Positions 47,181 through 56,266 are shown, counted from the stretch's first letter. The stretch is DNA of 64,000 nucleotides from Parcubacteria group bacterium Gr01-1014_31 (GCA_007376135.1 VMFR01000001.1:270554-334553), one strand, 5' to 3'. Notes: generated by a model not told the origin, from the letters alone. A program made the numbers and translations.

Positions 47181-47301
47181 CGAGCAAAGAACGAAAAAGA
47201 ATTATGGCGCCCTCGCGGCGCCATTGTTTTTTTGCCGTCCCCATGCTAGCGTGGCGAACGGTTGCTCCGTTCTTTCCTCAACCCCGTTGCCGAGGTACAT
47301 C

Positions 47302-47493
47302 ATGTCTGACTCCCGATATGAAGACTCTCCCGACGAGCCCGAGAACGACGTGGAATACGAAGAAAGATGGGATGACGGCGGTGACGAGGATCCAGTTCTC
47401 GACCCCATCCCCTGGGCGCTCTTGCTCGGAATTCTCTGCATCTTGCTCGGGATCATTATCGGCGGCCTCTATATGCTCAGGTACGCCAAGTAG
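47302..47493 (+). CDS. small acidic protein with C-terminal TM (64 aa)
   Basis: ATG ORF; no RBS; weak. Confidence 0.25.
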   Translation: MSDSRYEDSPDEPENDVEYEERWDDGGDEDPVLDPIPWALLLGILCILLGIIIGGLYMLRYAK

Positions 47494-47570
47494 TGCGCCC
47501 ATGCTCCCCGATATTTCCCTCGTCACCCGACGAGGGCTTTTTTATTTCTTACACTCGGTACCTGGTAAAT

Positions 47571-47605
47571 CTTGACATTTTTTAAAAAAAATGATATTAT
47601 ACTTT
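47571..47605 (+). promoter_or_regulatory. sigma70-like promoter TTGACA-17-TATTAT
   Basis: cttgacattttttaaaaaaaatgatattatac. Confidence 0.5.
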
Positions 47606-47659
47606 TTCGTTCAGAACCTTGAAAACACGTTACTCCGCATTGCGGAAGAAAGGACTGCC

Positions 47660-48364
47660 ATGTTCAGTACGTTCATTCGCGCGCCCCTGTGGTTCGTGCT
47701 CGCGATGCGTTTCGCCGTCATCCCCCTGACCATGGGGACGCTGGTGCTGGCCGGTTACGCCGATACGGCAGCGCTCACGGCTGTTGGCCTGACCCTCCTC
47801 TACGGCATTCTGGCGCTGCTCAGCCACATCTACCACCTGGACATCCCGGCCTACCCCGACTGGCACCACAAGGCCGAGACGATCTCGGCCGGCGCGACGG
47901 CGGTGTTCGCCATCTGGCTGGTGCCGCGCTACCTCAGGATGGACCTGCTGGCCGCGGTAATGACCCTGGGTTGCGGCATCATCTGCGGCATTGCCGCAGT
48001 CAGTCTTCGGCGGTCGATGAAAAGCACCCCCCTTCTGCACTGGAACACCTTGGTGTTCCTGACGCCCGGAGCGCGCAACAGCCGGTTTTCGTCCGTGCGC
48101 GCCGCCATCATGCTGCTGGACCCCGTACGGCGGGCGTTTGTCGTACTCACGGTGGCGGCGACCTGCAACGTGCTGCAACGGCTCACGTACAGCCTCCAGG
48201 GCGTCAGCGGCTTCCGCAGCCAGGATGCGCGATGGGCGATGTTTATGCTCACCATCGCCTACGGCATGCTCGTACTGCTGTGGTGCGTCCAGTTCCACTG
48301 GCTCAGCTCCGTCGACCGGATACTCGCCCGCATCACCGCCCCATGGCGGCGCATTGCGCCCTGA
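47660..48364 (+). CDS. hypothetical integral membrane protein (6-7 TM)
   Basis: GGAAGAAAGGA RBS before ATG; hydrophobic helices. Confidence 0.5.
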   Translation: MFSTFIRAPLWFVLAMRFAVIPLTMGTLVLAGYADTAALTAVGLTLLYGILALLSHIYHLDIPAYPDWHHKAETISAGATAVFAIWLVPRYLRMDLLAAVMTLGCGIICGIAAVSLRRSMKSTPLLHWNTLVFLTPGARNSRFSSVRAAIMLLDPVRRAFVVLTVAATCNVLQRLTYSLQGVSGFRSQDARWAMFMLTIAYGMLVLLWCVQFHWLSSVDRILARITAPWRRIAP

Positions 48365-48389
48365 CCGGCATCGCCGGACCGTCCGACCA

Positions 48390-48431
48390 CCCGCCTCGAA
48401 TTCTGGAGCAATTCGGGGCGGTCTTTTTTTA
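48390..48431 (+). terminator. intrinsic terminator (overlaps 3' end of convergent fpg)
   Basis: ccgcc-tcgaattctggagcaattcg-gggcgg + T8. Confidence 0.5.
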
Positions 48432-49289
48432 TTTCTGGCAACACGGGCAGTAGTGCGTGCCGCGCTGGCCAACGACCGTTTTGACGATGGGGGTTTTACA
48501 GCGCCGGCACGGCTTCCCTTTTCGGCCATAGACGTTGAGGAACGGCGCCATGTACCCGGATTGCCCATTGACCCGCCGATACGTATCCCGGGTCGTTCCC
48601 TTGTGGCGCAGGGCCAGCTGCAGCACGCGCGGAATGCAACGGTACAATATCCGCAGATCGTTCTCGCGAATCGTGCGCACGCGGCGGGTCGGGCGCAGGC
48701 GGGCGCAAAAACAGCTCTCATCGGCGTAGATGTTGCCTACGCCCGCGATGCGTTCGGCATCCATCAGCACCTGTTTAATGGTCCGGTTGGGATAGCGGTG
48801 AGCCGCGCGGGCGAACGCCTCCCAGGTATAGGCCCCCGATAGCGGCTCCATGCCGAGGTGGGCGGTCAGCTCATGTAAACCGTCGGCATCCACCAGCTTC
48901 ACCCAGCCGAACTTGCGCTGGTCGTTGAAGTACAGCGTGCCGCCGCTGCGGAAACGGAAGATGACGTGCGTGAAAATGTTCGGCAGCACGCCGAGGTTGG
49001 GAATGGGATGCCCGCCGGACACCGTGCGGCCCGAGCGCGGGACGAATACCAGTTGCCCGGTCATTTTCAAATGGAACACCAAGTACCGCTGTCCGGGCAG
49101 CTCGCATACCAGCATCTTGGCCCGGCGCTTGACTGCCAGAATTTTTTTCCCGGCAAGTTCGCGCCGGAGCGCGGCTGCCGACGGGTGTGCCATCTTGGGC
49201 ACACGCACCTCCACCGCGCGCAGGGTTTGCACGAGCAGGCGGCGTTGCAGCTCGCGACGGATGGTTTCCACCTCCGGCAGTTCCGGCAT
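48429..49289 (-). CDS. mutM: formamidopyrimidine-DNA glycosylase
   Basis: N-terminal MPELPEVETIRR catalytic Pro2/Glu3, H2TH, C-terminal CxxC...CxxC zinc finger. Confidence 0.9.
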   Translation of the reverse strand: MPELPEVETIRRELQRRLLVQTLRAVEVRVPKMAHPSAAALRRELAGKKILAVKRRAKMLVCELPGQRYLVFHLKMTGQLVFVPRSGRTVSGGHPIPNLGVLPNIFTHVIFRFRSGGTLYFNDQRKFGWVKLVDADGLHELTAHLGMEPLSGAYTWEAFARAAHRYPNRTIKQVLMDAERIAGVGNIYADESCFCARLRPTRRVRTIRENDLRILYRCIPRVLQLALRHKGTTRDTYRRVNGQSGYMAPFLNVYGRKGKPCRRCKTPIVKTVVGQRGTHYCPCCQK

Positions 49290-49392
49290 ACCCCGTAGGA
49301 CAACGGTCGAACAAAAGGTGTTCGTGCATGACGTTATGATACCACTCGCTGCATTCGTCTTCCCAGTGAGTCCGTTGTCCTACGGGGCATAC
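49287..49392. repeat. 106-bp palindromic MITE-like element (copy 2); proximal inverted repeat supplies the fpg start codon
   Basis: terminal repeats 49287-49308 and 49369-49392 identical to copy 1 repeats; core differs but has the same length. Confidence 0.65.
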
Positions 49393-49464
49393 CCGGGAGT
49401 ACAATGGTCAACAGCAACTGGGCGCTCAAGTACGAAGTACCGAAAAAACGAAGCAAGGGTATCG

Positions 49465-49718
49465 CGAATATACTAGGACCATTGTACTACCGGGCATACT
49501 TCTTGGCACCACGCGGTTCCTCATGCTACGGTGCGTATACCCGTTCCCCTTGCCAGTTTGAAATGCCTGGGGGTCCTTGAGGGGCACTTGACCGGACGTT
49601 TGTTCGGATACCCCCAGGGCCTGGAAGTTGGCAACGTCAATATCCGCGGAGGTGATTTGGCGCCGGGGAACAATGGGTGGGGTGTGACGCATGCTGCGAA
49701 ACACCCCTTTTTTTGTTT
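49465..49718 (+). ncRNA. candidate sRNA/structured RNA ending at intrinsic terminator (ggggtgt..acacccc + T9 at 49683-49718)
   Basis: no credible ORF; long-range stem gcctgggggt...acccccagggc; terminator read directly; promoter not confidently placed. Confidence 0.25.
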
Positions 49719-50008
49719 CCTCGCGTCTTCCACAGGTTCTCCACCGTCCATGCACCGACAAGCCGTTGACCCCGCCGGCGGCGCGGGCTACCCTGCGTGC
49801 AGATGATGTTCCGGCGACCCGGGTACTAGTGTGGAGGCGACGAACGTTTTTCGCGGCGATGGCAGCCTTCGGGCTCCCACCAAAATCCGCGGACTCTGTT
49901 CGCACATCGGTCGCTCGCCATGAGCGTATCGCGCCTGCTCTGCAGGGATACCCATCGCGAAGCCTACTTCGCCCCACGCATGGCGCCGCCCGCGCCGACC
50001 ATTATCGA

Positions 50009-50043
50009 GGGCCCGAGCTCCGCTCGCGGCCCTTTTTCTTTTT
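50009..50043 (+). terminator. intrinsic terminator
   Basis: gggcc-cgagctccgctcgc-ggccc + T-run. Confidence 0.45.
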
Positions 50044-50082
50044 GTCTTGACAACGAGGGACCCGCAGGCCTAAGGTGTCGGG

Positions 50083-50367
50083 CAGATGGTGTTCTTTCCG
50101 CGAATGTCGCCGTCGGTAACTTGTGGGTCGGCTGGCAGAGGCAGTGACGCTGCGTCTCCTGGACGCATGAGAGGGCGTTGCCGCCCATCCGTACTGCCTT
50201 GGAGAATCCTAGGTTTCTCCAGCTGATCCGCCCGCTCTCTGGCGGGCCACACGGCGCCGGGGCTACTTCGCCCCCGGTATCAGCAACCGACCGAGTTGCT
50301 CTCTGCGGTATTCAACGTATCGAACATTGTCGGAGGGGCTGTCGTCCGCGGCCCCTCCTTTTTCTTT
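50083..50367 (+). ncRNA. candidate ~285-nt sRNA: promoter TTGACA-18-TAAGGT (50047-50076) to terminator ggaggggctgtcgtccgcggcccctcc + T-run (50332-50367)
   Basis: clean promoter and terminator pair in a 1-kb ORF-free GC-rich intergenic region. Confidence 0.35.
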
Positions 50368-50438
50368 ACAAAAAAACGGCGCGGTGCGCAGCCGAGCGCC
50401 AGCTACTTACCTACCGCCCTACCGACTACCTACTGGTC

Positions 50439-51359
50439 TTACAGCCACTTGCGCCAGACGAAAACGCCGAAGGTGCCGAGCGACGAAATGACCATCAGCG
50501 CAGCGATGAGATTGAAGGCGTTGGGGTCCTCGGCGTACGGCAGCCGCACGTTCATCCCGTAAATGCTGGACACGAGCAGCGGCACCGTCAGGATGACGGT
50601 CATGGAGGTCAGGAATTTCAGGGTCTTGTTCAGGTTGTTGGAAAGGATGGTAGAGTACGCCTCGCGGATGTTGGTGATGGAATGGATGCTCTCCTGGCAG
50701 AATTTCAGGACTTGGTTGGCGTCCACCAGCAGGTCCTGGATGAGGTCCTGGTCGTGCTCCACCAGGGGCACCACTTTGCCGGAGGCGATGCGCTCGTAGA
50801 CGGCGACGTTGGACAGCAACGACGCGTTGAAATCGTTGAGCACCTCCTCGTGCTCCACCAGATTGACGATGTCGCGGTTCCGCAGCTGGCGCAATTGGAC
50901 CCGCTGGCGCGACACGCTTTTGGCGATGGCCTTGATATGCAGGTAGAACGCCCGCACGATCTCGTTGAAGACGTAGATGAGAAATTTTGACTTTTCGGTC
51001 GTGAATACGTCCAGACGCTTGGCGACGAACCGGTTGAGGATGGGCGTGTCGTGGAGCGAAATGGTCACCAGGTACGACCCGGTGGTGATGATGGTCAGCG
51101 GCCGGGTGTCGATCTTGCCGTGGCGCTCCACTGGCACGCGGATGTAGACATACAGGGTGCCATTCTCCTGCTCGACGCGGGGCAGCTCGTGCGGGTCCGC
51201 GCTGTCCTCGAGCAGGTCCCGCGACAGCTCGCAGCGTTCCGCCAGGGCGTCCAGCTCGTGCGCGGTCGGCGCGACGGCGTTGACCCAGCTGCCCACCTCA
51301 AGGTGGTCCAGCGTCCGCAGCTCGGTCTCCTTCTCCGTTTTTTTGAAGATCTGGATCAT
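50439..51359 (-). CDS. corA: magnesium/cobalt transporter CorA
   Basis: C-terminal two TM with YGMN motif (IYGMNVRLPYAE); internal ATG at 51357-51359 chosen. Confidence 0.85.
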   Translation of the reverse strand: MIQIFKKTEKETELRTLDHLEVGSWVNAVAPTAHELDALAERCELSRDLLEDSADPHELPRVEQENGTLYVYIRVPVERHGKIDTRPLTIITTGSYLVTISLHDTPILNRFVAKRLDVFTTEKSKFLIYVFNEIVRAFYLHIKAIAKSVSRQRVQLRQLRNRDIVNLVEHEEVLNDFNASLLSNVAVYERIASGKVVPLVEHDQDLIQDLLVDANQVLKFCQESIHSITNIREAYSTILSNNLNKTLKFLTSMTVILTVPLLVSSIYGMNVRLPYAEDPNAFNLIAALMVISSLGTFGVFVWRKWL

Positions 51360-51477
51360 AAGGTTGGGCTCATGGGCCGTTGGTATGCAAAATGGGAGCG
51401 GCAATATGCCGGTTCCCTGCCTACAGTGTAATCGTTCACCCCGCAAGCGTCAAAACCTCCCCAAAACAAGGTCACCC

Positions 51478-51738
51478 TTGACAGGATCAAAAAATTTTGC
51501 CAGCATTTGGGTACTCAACTCAGTTCTGCTCTTCAAATCCCAGATCTCTACTTCATCCCCACAAACCTATAAAGGTTAAGCTTTGGCGCCCGGCTGTTTC
51601 GCGCGTACCTCTGACACCGGGAGAATTCCCCCGGCACGCGCTTGGCCGCGGAGGCCATGGTACCACATAAAGCGGGATGCTTGATTTCGAGGTTTGGGTG
51701 GGGACGGTATGGCAACAGCCTCGTCCCCCTTTTTTATG
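51478..51738 (+). ncRNA. candidate sRNA ending at terminator ggggacg..cgtcccc + T7 (51701-51738)
   Basis: TTGACA at 51478; ORF-free; terminator read directly. Confidence 0.3.
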
Positions 51739-51810
51739 AAAATAAGCCGATTTTTCGAAATCCACTGACGTAGGGGTTGACATCTGGTGCGGAAGGCCTA
51801 TGCTGTTAGG

Positions 51811-52024
51811 CAATACATGCCCTTTTGAAATCCCCACCTGAACTGGTAGCTTTGAGCTACACACCGCGGCGCGCTGCTGCACCTATCTCAACTCCCGGGG
51901 TTTTACCTCGGAACCTCCTTGGGCGACAGCCCAGACGTGCACGCAGCCATGCTGCGGATTACCATCCGGTCCAGGTGACACAGGGTAGGGACGACTGGCT
52001 ATGCCTCTCGTCCCTTTTTCTTTT
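51811..52024 (+). ncRNA. candidate ~210-nt sRNA: promoter TTGACA-16-TATGCT (51777-51804) to terminator gggacga..tcgtccc + T-run (51988-52024)
   Basis: promoter and terminator pair; terminator stem nearly identical to the one at 51701-51729. Confidence 0.35.
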
Positions 52025-52129
52025 CCCGCGACCGCAGCAAGGGAGTCCCGCCAACGGCGGGGAGAATCCAGTAACCCAAGACTGTTTTTCTGGATCCCGG
52101 GTCTGGGCCCGGGATGACGCGCTGCAAAA

Positions 52130-52552
52130 TCACGCGTCAAAGAATATCCGTCCCCCGCGATAGGCCTCCACGTACGTCGGGATGGTAAAGAATTGCGGCG
52201 TTGGCAAATGGTCCAGGTCGTACCACGCCCAGCCGTCTATTTTATCCGGCTCCATCACGCGGGGTTCGCCCGACGCCCAGTCAGCGAGGACACCAATGTC
52301 TATATAGTGCTTGGGCGCGTAGGCCTTCAGATTCTGCAACCGCAAGAAGCGGACGTTCTCAATCTCCATGCCGGTCTCCTCGCGGACTTCCCTGCGCGCG
52401 CAGTCTTCGATGGATTCCATATACTCCAGGTGCCCGCCCGGCCACGCATACTCCCCTCGCCCGTGCGCGCCCAACCGGCGGCCCATCAGGGCTTTGCCGT
52501 CTTTCAGTATCATCACGCCGATGCCGATCTTGATGATGTGGTCGGTATCCAT
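52130..52552 (-). CDS. NUDIX hydrolase
   Basis: Nudix box GGHLEYMESIEDCARREVREETG. Confidence 0.8.
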   Translation of the reverse strand: MDTDHIIKIGIGVMILKDGKALMGRRLGAHGRGEYAWPGGHLEYMESIEDCARREVREETGMEIENVRFLRLQNLKAYAPKHYIDIGVLADWASGEPRVMEPDKIDGWAWYDLDHLPTPQFFTIPTYVEAYRGGRIFFDA

Positions 52553-52706
52553 AGTGTATCGTTTTTAACTGTCATCCCCGCGCCCCAGCGGGGATCCAGT
52601 AGCCCGATAATGGCTTTTCTGGATCCTCCCGCCGCTGGCGGGATAGGCCACGGGAGTTTACCCTCATGAAAATGGGGGCGGGAATGACGGGTGATTGCTG
52701 GCTCGG

Positions 52707-53498
52707 CTACCTGTTTTTTAATATCTCCAGCAACCGGTCGTGGACCTGCGTACCGTTCGAGGCAATAAACTGGCGGTGTTCGTCGGAGTGATTGACGTCG
52801 CCCTGGAACGTCGTCATCTTTGCACCCGCTTCCTTGGCGATGAGGCGTCCGGCGGCGTAATCATAGAATTCGCTGCCACTGTGCAGGATCGCTTCAATTT
52901 TTCCCTCCGCCAGCATGCAGAAATCCAGAGCCGGGGTCCACAGCGTCAGCATCCGCTTGATGCCGGCGGCAAAGAACGGGCGCACGAAATCGCACTCCAC
53001 TTCCGGCGTATTGCCGTACGGCGCAATGTAGGCCAGCGTCGCGTGCCGCAGGTCGGCTTGCTGGTTGACGCGTATTTTTTTGCCGTTGCAATATGCCCCG
53101 CCCCCGCGCACGGCGGTAAAGAGGCGCTTGCGCATCGGGTCGTAGACCACCGCCGCCCGGATGACGTGGTCGGAAATCAGACACATGCTGACCGAAAAGA
53201 ACGGGATACCGAGCACGAAATTGTTGGTGCCGTCCAACGGGTCAAGAACGAACGTGAACTCCGACCCCTTGCCGCGCTCCCCCATTTCTTCCGAGACGAT
53301 ATTGTACTTCGGAAATGCCTTTTCCAGGATGCGAATGACGGCTTTCTCCGACCCCAGGTCCGCGTCGGTCCGGAAATCCGCAGTGGTGGACTTTGTTTCC
53401 ACGGCAATGGCTTTCCCGAAGTAGCGGCGCAGTACGCGGCCGCCGGCTAAAGCCGCTTTCATCATCACCGAAAGCGTTTTGTCGCTGCGTTTCTTCAT
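52707..53498 (-). CDS. inositol monophosphatase family protein (SuhB/IMPase)
   Basis: DPLDGT metal-binding motif and WTPALDFC...AAG C-terminal motif. Confidence 0.85.
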   Translation of the reverse strand: MKKRSDKTLSVMMKAALAGGRVLRRYFGKAIAVETKSTTADFRTDADLGSEKAVIRILEKAFPKYNIVSEEMGERGKGSEFTFVLDPLDGTNNFVLGIPFFSVSMCLISDHVIRAAVVYDPMRKRLFTAVRGGGAYCNGKKIRVNQQADLRHATLAYIAPYGNTPEVECDFVRPFFAAGIKRMLTLWTPALDFCMLAEGKIEAILHSGSEFYDYAAGRLIAKEAGAKMTTFQGDVNHSDEHRQFIASNGTQVHDRLLEILKNR

Positions 53499-53965
53499 GG
53501 CAGGGTTTTCACTTCGCGCAGGTCCATGCGCTGGACCACGTTGCCGTCAGCGTCAAAGTGAAAGGTACCACGAAATCTTTTGCCCGCCAAAAACAGCGGC
53601 AGCCAGTGGCGGTCGTCCGGCCACATCCGGTCATAAGGGATGGCATGAGTCGCAAACCATTGCGGCCGCATTTCCGCGGTTTCCGCCGGAATACCGTTCC
53701 AATTGCCCACGCGGAAAATATGGACTTCCAGAGAGTCCTTCTTCCCTTCGAATAAGAACGCGAGTATCCCGCGCAAGTCGAGTTTCGCGACCCGCAGACC
53801 GACTTCCTCGTTCACCTCGCGGACTGCTGCAGCATCTACCGTCTCCTCTTCCTCAACTTTACCGCCAAAGCCGTTCCACCGCCCTTGGCCAAACCCGCGT
53901 TTCTTAAAACCGAGCAAGATGTCGTCGCCCTGCTGAATGAGGCACAAGGTGTACAGTTTTTTCAC
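53495..53965 (-). CDS. NUDIX hydrolase (MutT-like)
   Basis: Nudix box GGKVEEEETVDAAAVREVNEEVG; 4-nt overlap with downstream IMPase. Confidence 0.8.
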   Translation of the reverse strand: MKKLYTLCLIQQGDDILLGFKKRGFGQGRWNGFGGKVEEEETVDAAAVREVNEEVGLRVAKLDLRGILAFLFEGKKDSLEVHIFRVGNWNGIPAETAEMRPQWFATHAIPYDRMWPDDRHWLPLFLAGKRFRGTFHFDADGNVVQRMDLREVKTLP

Positions 53966-53976
53966 AGTGGATAGAA

Positions 53977-54447
53977 TTACTTCGCGTCCGGATGCAGGCG
54001 GCGATAGACATCGGGTGCGTGCTGTTTGAGCAGGTCATCCAGCGGGTTGACCCGTTTCACTTGTTTGAATTGCATGCCACGATGCGCACCGCCCTTGACC
54101 TTCTCGGCAAAACTTTGGATCAGCCGCGAACATTCGTCGGTTAACCCGAGGCCCTCACGTAATTTCGACATTTCGATATAGCGACGGTCGCGGGCGATGT
54201 ACAGTTGCGACCGCACTTCGCCCGCTTCCCCCTTGGCGATGTACAGCGCATCAATGAATTCCGCCTGCGTACCGCGGTCAAATCCCTCGGCGATGTTGGA
54301 CATCGTGGACACGGCCGCGCGGCGCATCTGGCGCTTGAGGTCTACGTCGCGGAATACTGGCGCGTCGGTAAGGTCGAAAATAAAATTCACCAAGGCCCGG
54401 CATTTCTGCCAGCACAATAAGTCTTCGAATTTCTGAACCGTGGCCAT
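53977..54447 (-). CDS. four-helix-bundle protein (23S rRNA intervening-sequence protein family, TIGR02436)
   Basis: FEDLLCWQKCRAL...MSNIAEGFDR...AKGEAGEVRSQLYIA signature. Confidence 0.75.
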   Translation of the reverse strand: MATVQKFEDLLCWQKCRALVNFIFDLTDAPVFRDVDLKRQMRRAAVSTMSNIAEGFDRGTQAEFIDALYIAKGEAGEVRSQLYIARDRRYIEMSKLREGLGLTDECSRLIQSFAEKVKGGAHRGMQFKQVKRVNPLDDLLKQHAPDVYRRLHPDAK

Positions 54448-54584
54448 ACTATTGATATTTCGAAATTACGATATCTCGATATTTCGAAATCTCCATTCTT
54501 GTGATCTCATGAGGTCGGTATATCGAAATTTTGCTATCTCAATATACTTAGGACAAACTACCAGATGCTCGAAATTTCGAGATA
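54448..54584. repeat. AT-rich cluster of palindromic TTTCGAAA-containing repeats (putative operator array)
   Basis: atatttcgaaat (x2), tatatcgaaatttt, ctcgaaatttcgag palindromes within 137 bp; ~30% GC. Confidence 0.55.
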
Positions 54585-55051
54585 TCACCGCGACTCAATA
54601 AGGTGCCGCACGAACGCAAAATGTTTTTCGAGCATGGAGTGCATCGGTTCAGGCAGCTGGTCCGGCGCAAACCAACCAAGGTCATCAATTTTTTCCGGGT
54701 CGCCGTTCTTCACCAGTTCAGGATTCACGCGCACGGCATGGATGAGTGCCACCCAGTGCGTCGGCGTGCCGTTGTTGTCGCGCAGCACATTGGTGGTCGC
54801 GGCCAGTACCACTTCTTCGGGTTCGGTGCCGTACTCCTCGCGAATTTCCCGCCGGACGGCAGCCTCAATGTCTTCGCCAAACTCTAGAGCCCCAGCTCCG
54901 CAGTCCATCTTCCCTGCTCATCCCGGCAGAATTGGCTCCTGCGATGCAAAAGTATTTTGCCATTTCCATCATGGCAAAAAAACACACAGGCAATGCCGAT
55001 GTGGTCAACGCCGCGGCGGGAGTCTATGGCGTTGTACTGGTCGCTTGTCAT
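54585..55051 (-). pseudogene. NUDIX hydrolase disrupted by a frameshift near 54884-54908
   Basis: N-terminal part (DQYNAIDSRRGVDHIGIACVFFCHDGNGKILLHRRS...GRW) in one frame (ORF 54884..55114), Nudix box GAGALEFGEDIEAAVRREIREEYGT and C-terminus in another frame (ORF 54585..54908). Confidence 0.5.
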
Positions 55052-55053
55052 AT

Positions 55054-55560
55054 TCATTTTGCCCCCACCTGCCCCTGAAGTCCTTGGACTACGGGCCAAA
55101 ATAAGGGCAAGCAATTATCTTCCTTGACTTCAGCGATGTTCAACCACGCGACATCGGCAATCTCGTCCTCGACGATGGTATTGATGACCTGCTTGTCTTG
55201 CTTCTCGCTCGTCAATTTGGCGCGGTACATCAAGGCGATAGCGCGGAAATATTTCTGGTCGCGGGTGCCGAAAAAATTCTTCTCACCGATGTAGAACGGC
55301 TGTTCCTCGGCCTGGACGCGGTACCCGGTCTCCTCGTAGACCTCGCGCAGCAGGCCCTCGTGCAGCGACTCGGAAATTTCTACTCCCCCGCCGGGCAGCT
55401 CCCACCGATTGTTGTGCATCTGCTTGATGAACAGATGCTTGCCCCCGCGCTCAACCAGCGCATAAACCGAAATGCGCCATACCGGCGCAACGTCCCCCGG
55501 TTTCTTGTGGACTATGCCAAGGTAATCTTTGTAGATCTCCTTGCTTTCTGGGGCCGTCAT
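55054..55560 (-). CDS. NUDIX hydrolase
   Basis: Nudix box GGGVEISESLHEGLLREVYEETG. Confidence 0.8.
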   Translation of the reverse strand: MTAPESKEIYKDYLGIVHKKPGDVAPVWRISVYALVERGGKHLFIKQMHNNRWELPGGGVEISESLHEGLLREVYEETGYRVQAEEQPFYIGEKNFFGTRDQKYFRAIALMYRAKLTSEKQDKQVINTIVEDEIADVAWLNIAEVKEDNCLPLFWPVVQGLQGQVGAK

Positions 55561-55600
55561 ACCACGTCAGTATACCGTATTTCGTCGCCCCACAAACAGT

Positions 55601-56266
55601 TCAACTCCATATTTCATATTTCTTACCAAACACTATCCTTATCCCGCCATAAACATTATAGAAAAATGAAAATAGGTCGTAGAGAAACGGAACCTTAACA
55701 CCAAATATATATATCTCAATATTCCCGAATATTTTTGGCTTCACCATTTTATATTCCTTTTCCAAAACGTTTTTGTCAATTTTTCTTTTGGGATTCAGAA
55801 ACGATTGATAAATGCCGGCCAGCACCGATGACAGCGGGATACCAACAAATTCAAGGTTCTCAAAATGATACGGGGTTCGCCTCAAATAATCGGACGTGAT
55901 CCGAATTTCACCTACTTTCATAAAACGCCGGGAAAAATAGTCTTTGGTGAATTTACCCACCAACAGAAAGGTCAACCCAAGGTACTCATCCTTTGCTGCT
56001 TCAGTCCAACGAAATCCCATTTTCATTTTATTTTCCAGCGTAAAGCCCGCTTTCCTCAGGTGTTCAAAAACACATTCCTTGTTTTCCTCATCGAGCACGA
56101 CGTCAAGGTCGCCGATATGACGGAATACTCGACCAACATGGGCAGCGATCAGCGTCGAACCGACTATCCTGTATTCGGCGTTACATAATCGAAAAATATC
56201 AGTCGCGATTTGCAGCGTGTTGATAATTTTTTGCTTTTCATGTTGCCTCTCTCCGTCGGCGTGCAT
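55601..56266 (-). CDS. minimal nucleotidyltransferase (Pol-beta superfamily; aminoglycoside/lincosamide NTase-like), low GC
   Basis: hG[GS]...DhD signature IVGSTLIAAHVGRVFRHIGDLDVVLDEE; ~40% GC versus ~65% background. Confidence 0.55.
   Translation of the reverse strand: MHADGERQHEKQKIINTLQIATDIFRLCNAEYRIVGSTLIAAHVGRVFRHIGDLDVVLDEENKECVFEHLRKAGFTLENKMKMGFRWTEAAKDEYLGLTFLLVGKFTKDYFSRRFMKVGEIRITSDYLRRTPYHFENLEFVGIPLSSVLAGIYQSFLNPKRKIDKNVLEKEYKMVKPKIFGNIEIYIFGVKVPFLYDLFSFFYNVYGGIRIVFGKKYEIWS

Noticed and set aside
50178-50990. 270-aa plus-strand ORF
   Set aside because: Antisense to corA (YGMN motif on minus strand).
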